Assembly (NCBI GenBank): GCA_963843575.1
Contig: CAWJKZ010000006.1
Coordinates: 1 to 15,473, forward strand
Length of the DNA stretch: 15,473 nucleotides
From: an uncultured Acidobacteriota bacterium
GTDB taxonomy: Bacteria; Acidobacteriota; UBA6911
Direction: 5' to 3'
Of the stretch, positions 1 to 7,802 are shown piece by piece (position 1 is the first letter of the stretch; each line of letters starts with the position of its first letter). The position numbers and the translations under genes are program-made. Below the pieces are notes generated by a model. The model was not told the DNA's origin. It worked only from the letters and a program-made list of their open reading frames with translations, and ran no database searches.

Positions 1-79
1 CGCCCGCCCATCGTCGACCTCGGGGCGCAAGAGTCCGTCCCGGGGCTGCCGAAAATCAAAACTTGCCACGGAAGACACT

Positions 80-100
80 GAAGGACTCGGAAGGACTCGG
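80..100. repeat. Perfect 10-bp tandem direct repeat (GAAGGACTCG x2) upstream of the kinase gene; candidate regulator-binding site
   Basis: 80-89 and 90-99 both read gaaggactcg; a weaker copy (ggaagacact) precedes them at 70-79. It overlaps the expected -35 position of the -10 at 114-119. Confidence 0.55.
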
Positions 101-110
101 CTGGCCCCGG

Positions 111-119
111 TGTTACAAT
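111..119 (+). promoter_or_regulatory. Putative extended -10 promoter (TG-t-TACAAT)
   Basis: TGtTACAAT matches TGnTATAAT with one mismatch and lies 9 bp before ATG 129. No SD is visible, so the transcript may be near-leaderless. Confidence 0.5.
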
Positions 120-128
120 GTTGGGCTT

Positions 129-1676
129 ATGAGAGTGCCGGTCTATAACCCGACCGCGGTGGCGGTTGCGATTGCCGTGATCGTGCTCTCCACCGTGACC
201 CTCAGCCTGGTCAGCTACCACTACACCGTCGGGCGCGAAAACCTGACCGAGACCTCCCTTGTCCAGACCAACATCAAACTCGCCAAGCAGACCGTCGACC
301 GGATCGAGCAGAAGATCATCGACAATGACCGGGTCCTGGCTGACATGGTCGACGTCAACGCGCCGGACAGCTGGCCGGCCACGGCCGATGCCATCCGCAA
401 GGCCGATCTCAACGTCGAGCAGGTCTATTTCTTCCACCCCAGGAACAACTATCCGCTCTACCCCCAGTACTCCGACGCGATAAAGAACTCCTGGGGAGCC
501 ATCCGGTCGGCCGTGCGCGAGCTGGATGCCGAACACCTGCAGCCCAACCAGACACACCACCTGCACAAGGAACGGCCGGACAACTACTTCTTCGTGTCTT
601 ACCTCGTCAAGGAGAACGCACAGGGTGAGAAGTTCCTGATCTGCTTTCAGATGAGTTTCGAGAAGATCATCGCCCTGCTCAACGGCTATCTGCGTGACCT
701 GGAGACCAACTTCTACGTGAGCATCGTCGACTTCGACAATGTCGGCGTCTACAACGAGCCGCGCAACCGTTCGGGGAAATATTTCTACGAGATGCGTTTC
801 CCGACGACGCTCTACAAGTGGATCCTGCAGGTCGTGCCGCGCAACTACACGGAAATCGAGAGCAACGTGCGCAACCAGCGCCGCACGAACCTCTTTTTCA
901 TCATCCTGAGCACTTCGCTGACCTTCTTCAGCCTGGCTGTGATATATGTTGCGAGCCGGCGCGAGCGGCAGCTGCGGCAGCTGAAGGAGGACTTCATCGG
1001 GAACGTCAGCCACGAGCTGAAAACGCCGCTGTCGCTGATCCGCATGTTCAGCGAGATCCTGACCACGGGGCGCGTCAAGGCGGAGAAGTCCAAGGAGGAG
1101 TATTACGAGATCATCTACACCGAGAGCGACCGGATGACGCGCCTGATCGATAACCTGCTCGATTTCGCCAGCCTCGAGCGGGACGGCAAACGGCACCCAT
1201 TTGAAAGGACGAACATCGGACAACTCGTGGCCAAGCAGATCGAGGCGTACCGCTACCGCATCCAGAACGAAGGGTTCCAGGTCGCGTCCGAAATCGAACC
1301 TGATATCCCGGACACGATGGCGGACCCCAACTCCATCACGATGGCCTTTTCGAACCTGCTCGACAACTCGGTGAAGTACTCGGGGGATCGGAAAAACATC
1401 CTCGTCCGAGTGCGCCGCAGCAACGGTTTCGTGGAGCTGGCAGTCCAGGACAGCGGGCTGGGAATACCGCCGGACGAACAGCAAAAGGTGTTCGAGAAGT
1501 TTTACCGTGGCACCAACGCCGTCACAAGGAGGATCCGGGGCAGCGGCATCGGGCTCTCGATCACCAAGAACGTGGCCGAGATGCATGGCGGCACCGTCCT
1601 GATCGAGAGCGAGCCCGGCAAGGGCAGCACGTTCACGCTCAGAATCCCGATCCGGCCGCCGGAGGCCGCGGCCTGA
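129..1676 (+). CDS. Membrane sensor histidine kinase (TM - extracytoplasmic Cache-like region - TM - HisKA - HATPase_c)
   Basis: TM1 AVAVAIAVIVLSTVTLSLV and TM2 LFFIILSTSLTFFSLAVIYV; H-box NVSHELKTPL, N-box NLLDNSVKY, G1 DSGLGI, F-box VFEKF, G2 GSGIGL. Start moved from TTG 63 to ATG 129 because the upstream part contains promoter-like elements. Confidence 0.95.
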   Translation: MRVPVYNPTAVAVAIAVIVLSTVTLSLVSYHYTVGRENLTETSLVQTNIKLAKQTVDRIEQKIIDNDRVLADMVDVNAPDSWPATADAIRKADLNVEQVYFFHPRNNYPLYPQYSDAIKNSWGAIRSAVRELDAEHLQPNQTHHLHKERPDNYFFVSYLVKENAQGEKFLICFQMSFEKIIALLNGYLRDLETNFYVSIVDFDNVGVYNEPRNRSGKYFYEMRFPTTLYKWILQVVPRNYTEIESNVRNQRRTNLFFIILSTSLTFFSLAVIYVASRRERQLRQLKEDFIGNVSHELKTPLSLIRMFSEILTTGRVKAEKSKEEYYEIIYTESDRMTRLIDNLLDFASLERDGKRHPFERTNIGQLVAKQIEAYRYRIQNEGFQVASEIEPDIPDTMADPNSITMAFSNLLDNSVKYSGDRKNILVRVRRSNGFVELAVQDSGLGIPPDEQQKVFEKFYRGTNAVTRRIRGSGIGLSITKNVAEMHGGTVLIESEPGKGSTFTLRIPIRPPEAAA

Positions 1677-1734
1677 TTCCACGGCTGCCGCCTCCCAACG
1701 GGGGTCACGCGCAACGCCGCTCACGGAACCCGAC

Positions 1735-2415
1735 ATGCAGAAGATCCTCATCATCGAAGACGAGCGCGAGATGGTCCGCGGGCTCCGGGACATCCTGGAA
1801 TTCGAAGGGTACGAGGTCCTTTCCGCCGAGACCGGCAAGGAGGGGTTAGAATCGGTCGCGCGGGCAGAACCGGACTGCATCATTCTCGACCTGATGCTCC
1901 CCGACCTCAACGGCTACCAGGTCTGCGAGCAGATCCGCCGCCTGAAATACCCGACCCCCATCCTGATGCTCACCGCGCGGGCCCAGGACTACGACAAGAT
2001 CCGCGGTCTCGAGGTGGGTGCCGACGACTACATGACGAAACCTTTCAGCGTCGGCGAGCTGCTTGCCCGCGTGAAAGCCCTGCTGCGCCGCAGCTCCCGT
2101 TACGCGCAGGACGCCGACACCATAAGGATCGGATCCTGTTTCATCGACGTGAAGCGCTTCCTGGTCCGACGTGGAAGCAAAGAACACTCGCTTTCGCACT
2201 ATGAGGTCGGACTGCTAAAGCTCCTGTACGCAAACGCGGACCAGCCGGTGTCGCGCGACGAGATCCTGGAAAAGGTCTGGGGCACCGAGAACTACCCCAC
2301 CAACAGGACCGTCGACAACTTCATCGTAAAGCTGCGCAAGAAGATCGAGGACGACTACAAGAACCCGCGGCACATCCTGACCATCTACGGCGTAGGTTAC
2401 AAGCTCAGCCCATGA
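1735..2415 (+). CDS. OmpR/PhoB-family DNA-binding response regulator
   Basis: Receiver motifs IIEDE, ILDLMLP (phospho-Asp), MLTAR and KPF; winged-helix tail RTVDNFIVKLRKK...TIYGVGYK; directly downstream of the kinase. Confidence 0.96.
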   Translation: MQKILIIEDEREMVRGLRDILEFEGYEVLSAETGKEGLESVARAEPDCIILDLMLPDLNGYQVCEQIRRLKYPTPILMLTARAQDYDKIRGLEVGADDYMTKPFSVGELLARVKALLRRSSRYAQDADTIRIGSCFIDVKRFLVRRGSKEHSLSHYEVGLLKLLYANADQPVSRDEILEKVWGTENYPTNRTVDNFIVKLRKKIEDDYKNPRHILTIYGVGYKLSP

Positions 2416-3617
2416 TACCGCTCCCGGATACCCTGCGCCTGCTAGCCTTCAGGGCTCGGGCCCTGCGTGCCGTCGCCGGCAGGAAGCGCGCCGTCGCCGG
2501 ACTGCTCTGGCTCTCGGCGGGATTCCTCCTGTTCGCCGTCCTCCGCAATTCGGTCTATGCCGGCCTCCAGGAGCCGATCCCGGGAGTGGTCAACCCGGGG
2601 ATCCTCGATTCGCTCTTCCAGCTGAACCTCATCCAGGCGGTCGGATTCTTTGCCGTCGTTTACGTCCCGGCCATCATCGCGCTGGGCAATGCCTTCGCCG
2701 CCGACGGTCGCGGCCTGACCGTCTCTGGCGAGGAATACCGGAGGCACGGCGCCGTCCTGTTTCCGCTCTGGGGACTGCTCTTCCTGGTCGCGGCGCCGGT
2801 CCAGTGGTTTGCCCCGCAGTTTCTGGTCCTGGGCGTGTTCTTCGGGATCAGCATTGGGCTACTGGTCCTCATCCTGCTGCTGGCCGTCTACTCGATCTGG
2901 GCCATCAAGGAACTGAACTTCCTGACCCTGCCCGCCGCCGCCGGTGTCTTCGCCCTGTCGTCGCTCACCCTGCCGCTGTTCTACCTCATGACGGCAGTCT
3001 TTTACGCGCTCCCGCTCTTCCTCATGATCCCGTTGGTGTACCTGCTGTTTCAGAGACTCCGTTCGCTGACCTCCGGCCGGCAGCAGGAGCGCGAGTTTCA
3101 GCACCACCTGTTGGCGTTGACAACCAATCCGCAGGACGCGGACGCACACCACCAACTCGGGATCCTGCACGCCAGGCGCGGAAACCTCGAAAGCGCTCGC
3201 CGGTACCTGGAGCAGGCCAGCAGGATCGATCCGGGACAGCCGGAGTACCACTACCAGATCGGGCGCGTCCTGGAAACCGCGGGCGCGTGGCCGGAGGCGC
3301 TCGAACAATACGAGGAAACCTACCGCCTCGACCCCAACCACGGGCTCGGGGACATCTTCCGCGAGGTCGGCAAGGCGTACCTGCACACGGGCCAACCGGC
3401 CAAGGCGCTCGAGTTCCTCCGCTATTTCCTTCAACTGCGCGCATCGGACCCGGAAGCGCGGTACTGGTTCGCCATGGCGCTCAAAGAAACCGGCGCGCTG
3501 GAGGAGATGAGAGTCCAGCTGAACACCCTGCTGGAACAGGCCCGATCCAATCCCAGGTTCTTCCGCCGCGAAAAACGCGAGTGGATCTACCGCGCCCGCC
3601 TGCTCCTGCGGGACTGA
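2412..3617 (+). CDS. Multi-pass membrane protein with C-terminal tetratricopeptide (TPR) repeats
   Basis: About 5-6 hydrophobic segments in the first ~215 aa, then TPR-type helices (DADAHHQLGILH...A..YLEQA..IDP; PEYHYQIGRVL...ALEQYE..YRLDP; PEARYWFAMAL). ATGA overlap with the regulator stop codon. Confidence 0.88.
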   Translation: MIPLPDTLRLLAFRARALRAVAGRKRAVAGLLWLSAGFLLFAVLRNSVYAGLQEPIPGVVNPGILDSLFQLNLIQAVGFFAVVYVPAIIALGNAFAADGRGLTVSGEEYRRHGAVLFPLWGLLFLVAAPVQWFAPQFLVLGVFFGISIGLLVLILLLAVYSIWAIKELNFLTLPAAAGVFALSSLTLPLFYLMTAVFYALPLFLMIPLVYLLFQRLRSLTSGRQQEREFQHHLLALTTNPQDADAHHQLGILHARRGNLESARRYLEQASRIDPGQPEYHYQIGRVLETAGAWPEALEQYEETYRLDPNHGLGDIFREVGKAYLHTGQPAKALEFLRYFLQLRASDPEARYWFAMALKETGALEEMRVQLNTLLEQARSNPRFFRREKREWIYRARLLLRD

Positions 3618-3637
3618 CCGGAGTCGACACGTGTTGT

Positions 3638-3660
3638 GGCCGCGTCGGCCCGACGCGGTC
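3638..3660. repeat. GC-rich palindrome (ccgcgtcgg-c-ccgacgcgg) preceded by GTGG; REP-like or weak terminator
   Basis: 3640-3648 and 3650-3658 are exact reverse complements; about 20 bp after the TPR gene stop; no U-tract. Confidence 0.5.
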
Positions 3661-3673
3661 CGAGCCCCCCCCA

Positions 3674-3690
3674 ATTACAACTTATTACAA
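3674..3690. promoter_or_regulatory. Direct repeat ATTACAA-N3-ATTACAA (10-bp period); candidate OmpR-family binding site upstream of the GT2 gene
   Basis: attacaa at 3674-3680 and 3684-3690 in an AT-rich patch; a TATACT -10-like hexamer follows at 3731-3736. Confidence 0.5.
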
Positions 3691-3759
3691 TCCCGGACAT
3701 TGTGGTGACAACCGACGCAGGGGGAGTGCCTATACTGCTGCAGCATTTTGGGGAGACCT

Positions 3760-5352
3760 ATGCACCTGTTCGGGACACCGGCTTCGGCTTACGAGAAATT
3801 CCTGAGAACCGGGAACATCTCGTATCTGTACCAGATGGACCGCTTCGATGCGGCGATCGTGACGGCGTACTTCGTCATCCTCGCCATCCTGAGCTTCTAC
3901 GGGATGCACCGGTACATCATGGTGTTCCTCTTCAACCGCCACCGGCGTAACGTGGCGCAACCGCGGGCGCATTTCGAGGAGTTACCACGGGTTACGGTTC
4001 AGCTCCCCTCCTATAACGAGATGTACGTCATGGAGCGGGTCATAGACGCCGTCTGCTCCTTCGACTACCCGCGGCATCTGCTCGATATCCAGGTGCTCGA
4101 CGATTCGACCGACGAGACCAGGGTGATTGCCGCCGGCGCCGTGGACCGATGGCGCAGCCTCGGACTGGACATCCACTACATCCACCGAGAGGACCGCACC
4201 GGCTTCAAGGCGGGTGCCCTGGAGAACGGGCTGAATACGGCCAAGGGCGAGTTCATCGCCATTTTCGACGCCGATTTCGTCCCCGAGCCCGACTTCCTGC
4301 AGAAGGCCATCCACCACTTCACGGACCCGCGCGTCGGCATGGTGCAGGGACGGTGGGATCACCTCAACCGCGAGTACTCGTTCCTGACCCGCACCCAGGC
4401 GATCTTCCTCGACGGCCATTTCATGCTCGAGAGCTTCACCCGATTTCTCGGCGGCCGCTTTTTCAACTTCAACGGGACGGCCGGAATCCTGCGGCGCGCA
4501 ACGATCGTGGACGCCGGGGGGTGGCAGCACGATACCCTCACGGAAGACCTCGACCTCAGCTACCGCGCGCAGATGAAGGGGTGGAAATTCGTCTTCCTGC
4601 CGGACCTGCGCGTGCCTGCCGAATTGCCCGTCGAGATGAACTCGTTCAAATCGCAGCAGTGCCGCTGGGCCAAGGGTGCGATGCAGACCTGCAAAAAGGT
4701 GCTGCCGACCCTCCTGCGGGGGGATTTTCGCCCGGCGGAGAAGATGGAAGCGTGGTACCACCTCACGGGCAACATCTCGTACCCGCTTATGGTCGCCCTC
4801 TCCGTTATCCTCTTCCCCGCGCTCGTGATCCGCTTTAACCAGGGGTGGTTTGAGCTGCTGCTCATCGACCTGCCGCTTTTCATCCTGTCCTTCAGCAGCG
4901 TGACCACGTTCTATATCGTTTCCCAGCGCGCCTTGCACAAGGATTGGCGCAAGAGGTTGCTATATCTGCCCGGCCTGATGGCGGTCGGCATCGGATTGAC
5001 CGTCAGCGGCGCGAAAGCGGTCATGGAGGGGGCCTTCGGGATTCAGACCCCGTTTGTGCGCACCCCCAAATTCTCGGTGGAAGGGAACCGGGGCGACTGG
5101 AAGCGTAAGAAGTACCGCGGCAAAGTGGGCTTCCTCGCCTTCATCGAATTGACCCTGGGCCTCTACTTCACCTTCGTAAACCTGTATGCCTGGGATCTGG
5201 GCATCTACGGGGTCATCCCCTTTCTGCTCCTCTTCCAATTCGGGTTCCTCTACACCGGGCTCTTTTCGCTCTCCCAGGGGTTGAAGCACATCAGTTGGCC
5301 TGCACCGATCGCCCGGCTGCACGCGCTGGTCGTCCGCCCGGGCACCCAGTAG
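3760..5352 (+). CDS. Processive GT2 glycosyltransferase, cellulose-synthase-like (CslA/CESA-type)
   Basis: Motifs VQLPSYNE, VLDDSTD, GFKAGAL, FDADF (DxD), FNGTAG, TEDLDLS, QQCRW (QxxRW) and FVRTPK; one N-terminal and several C-terminal TM helices. GGAG SD at 3752-3755 favours ATG 3760. Confidence 0.93.
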   Translation: MHLFGTPASAYEKFLRTGNISYLYQMDRFDAAIVTAYFVILAILSFYGMHRYIMVFLFNRHRRNVAQPRAHFEELPRVTVQLPSYNEMYVMERVIDAVCSFDYPRHLLDIQVLDDSTDETRVIAAGAVDRWRSLGLDIHYIHREDRTGFKAGALENGLNTAKGEFIAIFDADFVPEPDFLQKAIHHFTDPRVGMVQGRWDHLNREYSFLTRTQAIFLDGHFMLESFTRFLGGRFFNFNGTAGILRRATIVDAGGWQHDTLTEDLDLSYRAQMKGWKFVFLPDLRVPAELPVEMNSFKSQQCRWAKGAMQTCKKVLPTLLRGDFRPAEKMEAWYHLTGNISYPLMVALSVILFPALVIRFNQGWFELLLIDLPLFILSFSSVTTFYIVSQRALHKDWRKRLLYLPGLMAVGIGLTVSGAKAVMEGAFGIQTPFVRTPKFSVEGNRGDWKRKKYRGKVGFLAFIELTLGLYFTFVNLYAWDLGIYGVIPFLLLFQFGFLYTGLFSLSQGLKHISWPAPIARLHALVVRPGTQ

Positions 5353-5389
5353 GGCGCGCCCGAACCCTTCCAAGTACAGAATGTGAAGT

Positions 5390-5425
5390 GCGGCGCCTAG
5401 GCCGCCTAGGCGCCGCTTTGACTTA
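5390..5425 (+). terminator. Probable intrinsic terminator hairpin after the GT2 gene
   Basis: gcggcgcctaggc (5390-5402) and gcctaggcgccgc (5404-5416) are exact reverse complements, followed by tttgactta. Confidence 0.6.
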
Positions 5426-5588
5426 TACCCTACCGGCTGGATGCCCGGCACCTCGGCGCCAAGCCGAATTGCGACATGCGACCCTGAAACCTCGGCCCGC
5501 CGCGGCTCCGAGGCGCCGCTGCCAAAGAGGCGTCGAGCGGGTGGCCCTTCCAGCATCGATCTCCGGACAGCCTCTTCAGCACGGGTTC

Positions 5589-6197
5589 CTAGAATGGGCG
5601 GTTGCGCATGCGCTGGAGGAGCGCCTCGTATTCCGCGGGGGTGTCGACGTCCTCGACCGTTCCGGGATCATCCGTTTCCAGGATGGCCGTGTCGTTTTCG
5701 TAGCACCATATTAACTCTTTGGGGCTGCGGCCGGCGGGCAGGGCCAGAAGTTCCTGGCACAGGCGGGGGCCGAACAGCGCGGGATGCCCTCGTTTCCCCC
5801 CGCGCCGGGGCATCGCAGCCGACGCTCCGGTGTCGACGAACAACCGGATCAGGCTGCGGACGGTCTCCTCGCGGACTGCCGGTTGGTCCACTGGCCAGAC
5901 CAAACACGCGCGGAAGATCCCGGCGTTTCTGAGGGCGAGTTGCAGCGAGGAAATCTGCCCCTGCTCCGGGTGCGGGTTGAGCACGGCGCGCAGGTCGCGC
6001 CCGACGAGGTGCGGTTGTATCAGGGAGGCGTGCTTCCCGACGATCACGACCGGGCGGGCAAGCGGCAGCCTTCCGATCCCGTCAAGAATGACGTCGATGA
6101 ACGTCGCGGCCCCGAGGCGCAGCAGCGCTTTCGGAAAGCCCATGCGGCGCGAATCGCCGGCCGCCAGCACCAGCGGGACAATCGGCAGTTCGGGCAA
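5589..6197 (-). CDS. MocA/MobA-like nucleotidyltransferase family protein (NTP_transf_3 type)
   Basis: LVLAAGDSRRMGFPKALL (GxSxRMGxxK), NPHPEQGQISSL, PVDQP, GKRGHPALFG, EDVDTPAEY. TTG 6197 follows a GAAGGGGG SD; ATG 6227 is an alternative start. Confidence 0.88.
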   Translation of the reverse strand: MPELPIVPLVLAAGDSRRMGFPKALLRLGAATFIDVILDGIGRLPLARPVVIVGKHASLIQPHLVGRDLRAVLNPHPEQGQISSLQLALRNAGIFRACLVWPVDQPAVREETVRSLIRLFVDTGASAAMPRRGGKRGHPALFGPRLCQELLALPAGRSPKELIWCYENDTAILETDDPGTVEDVDTPAEYEALLQRMRNRPF

Positions 6198-6269
6198 GCG
6201 TCCCCCCTTCTGCGCGCGGCTTCTCATTCTGGGTGCGCGCCGTCGGCCCCTGTGCTTAAATCAGCGGCC

Positions 6270-7802
6270 ATGAAGCGATTCTACCCCGTAGCCTTCCTTT
6301 TCCTCGTTGTTTGTTCGATCGGGCCATCGACCGGCTGCGCCGCCCGTCCGCCAGGGCGCCCGGCTGCCCCGGCGCACACCGCGGATGCGCTGGGACAACT
6401 GCGCCTGGACTTGGCGGGCATCTTCGACGACGCCAACTTCGGCAACGCACAGTGGGGTGTCGAGATCGTGTCACTCGACAACGACCAGGTGCTTTTCGAG
6501 CGCAACAGCACCCGGCTTTACATGCCCGCCTCCAACAACAAGCTGCTCACGGGCGCAGCCGCGCTGGTCCGGCTCGGCCCCGACTTCCGGTTTCAGACGC
6601 ACATCATGACCGACGGAACCGTTTCCGGCGGAGTGTTGCGGGGCAACCTCGTCGTTGTCGGCGCGGGCGATCCCACTACCGCCTCGCGGTTTCACGGGGG
6701 CGACCCATTCCGGGTGTTTCGGGACTGGGCGGGACAGCTGAAACAGATGGGGATCTCGAACATCGAGGGGAAGCTCGTCGGTGACGACGGAGCCTTCGCC
6801 GAACCGTCGATCGGTCGCGCGTGGGCCTGGGACGACCTGGCCTATGGATACGCGGCCCCGGTCACTGCCCTTCAGTTCAACGAAAACCTGCTGACCCTCG
6901 AGGTCACTCCGGGACCCGTCCCCGGAGCATCGGCCGGCGTCATGGTCTTGCCTGTGCCGGATTTCCTGACCGTCGAAGCCTCCGTCACGACCGCGGCGGC
7001 CGGGACCCTCCCCGACCTCGATCTGCTCCGCGGCGAGGGCGAAACCCTGCGGGTCACCGGTACGCTGCCCGCAGGCGGCGCACCCGTCGAACGCACGGTC
7101 GCGGTCCGATCGCCTGCGCGTCTCTACCTGACGGCTTTGCGCCGCGTGCTCGAGGAGGAGGGCATAACAGTTACGGGCGGCACGTCAGCGACGCGCAATT
7201 CGGATCTCTCGCACCTCACACTGCTGTGGAGTCACTCTTCGCCCCCGCTTGCCGAGATCCTCAAGCCCCTCTTCAAGGTCAGCCAGAATCTCTACGCCGA
7301 AACCATGGCCCGGACCCTGGGTGTTGCGGTATCCGGCACGGGGAGTTTCGCAAAGGGCAGGGAGGTGGTCGAACAGGTGCTCGGGCTCATGGGCATACAG
7401 CGGGGCAGCTACACCTACGCCGACGGTTCCGGCCTGTCGCGGCTGAACCTGATAAGCGCGGACCTGGTGGTCCGGCTCCTGAAATACGTGCACCGTCACC
7501 CCTCGTTCCCCCAGTTCTACGACGCTCTCCCGGTCGCCGGCGTGGACGGCACCATCGCCGACAGAATGAAAGGCACCCGTGCGGCGAATAATGTCCGTGC
7601 CAAGACCGGCACCCTCGCGAACGTGCGCTCCTTGTCCGGATACGTCGCTACGGCGGATGGCGAAACCCTCGTCTTTTCGATGATCGCGAACAACTTCCTG
7701 GTCTCGTCGGCGTCGGCGGAGTACGTCCAGGACACGGCGCTGCAGCGGTTGGCCACGTTCAGCCGGAGGCAGCCTCTGCCGTCAAGTGGGTCTGGGCTTT
7801 AG
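6270..7802 (+). CDS. dacB: D-alanyl-D-alanine carboxypeptidase/endopeptidase (PBP4, peptidase S13)
   Basis: SxxK (PASNNK), SxN (VSQN), KTG (AKTGTL), DGSGLSRLN, GAGDPT, LPVAGVDGT. Signal peptide from ATG 6270 (MKRFYPVAFLFLVVC...STGC, possible lipobox). Confidence 0.93.
   Translation: MKRFYPVAFLFLVVCSIGPSTGCAARPPGRPAAPAHTADALGQLRLDLAGIFDDANFGNAQWGVEIVSLDNDQVLFERNSTRLYMPASNNKLLTGAAALVRLGPDFRFQTHIMTDGTVSGGVLRGNLVVVGAGDPTTASRFHGGDPFRVFRDWAGQLKQMGISNIEGKLVGDDGAFAEPSIGRAWAWDDLAYGYAAPVTALQFNENLLTLEVTPGPVPGASAGVMVLPVPDFLTVEASVTTAAAGTLPDLDLLRGEGETLRVTGTLPAGGAPVERTVAVRSPARLYLTALRRVLEEEGITVTGGTSATRNSDLSHLTLLWSHSSPPLAEILKPLFKVSQNLYAETMARTLGVAVSGTGSFAKGREVVEQVLGLMGIQRGSYTYADGSGLSRLNLISADLVVRLLKYVHRHPSFPQFYDALPVAGVDGTIADRMKGTRAANNVRAKTGTLANVRSLSGYVATADGETLVFSMIANNFLVSSASAEYVQDTALQRLATFSRRQPLPSSGSGL

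Noticed and set aside
63-128. TTG 63 start for the kinase
   Set aside because: The region holds the tandem repeat and extended -10, and TM1 begins shortly after ATG 129.
3760-5352. Calling the GT2 bcsA and linking it directly to the GGDEF protein
   Set aside because: No recognisable PilZ domain and no bcsB/C/Z; the cyclase is over 5 kb away in a different transcription unit.
5589-6197. Molybdoenzyme (xanthine dehydrogenase-type) cluster
   Set aside because: Only the MocA-like transferase is present, with no xdhC or molybdoenzyme subunit genes in the window, so no gene symbol was assigned.
5784-6269. N-terminal 162-aa extension of DacB in the ORF track
   Set aside because: It is antisense to the nucleotidyltransferase gene, and a proper signal peptide begins at ATG 6270.
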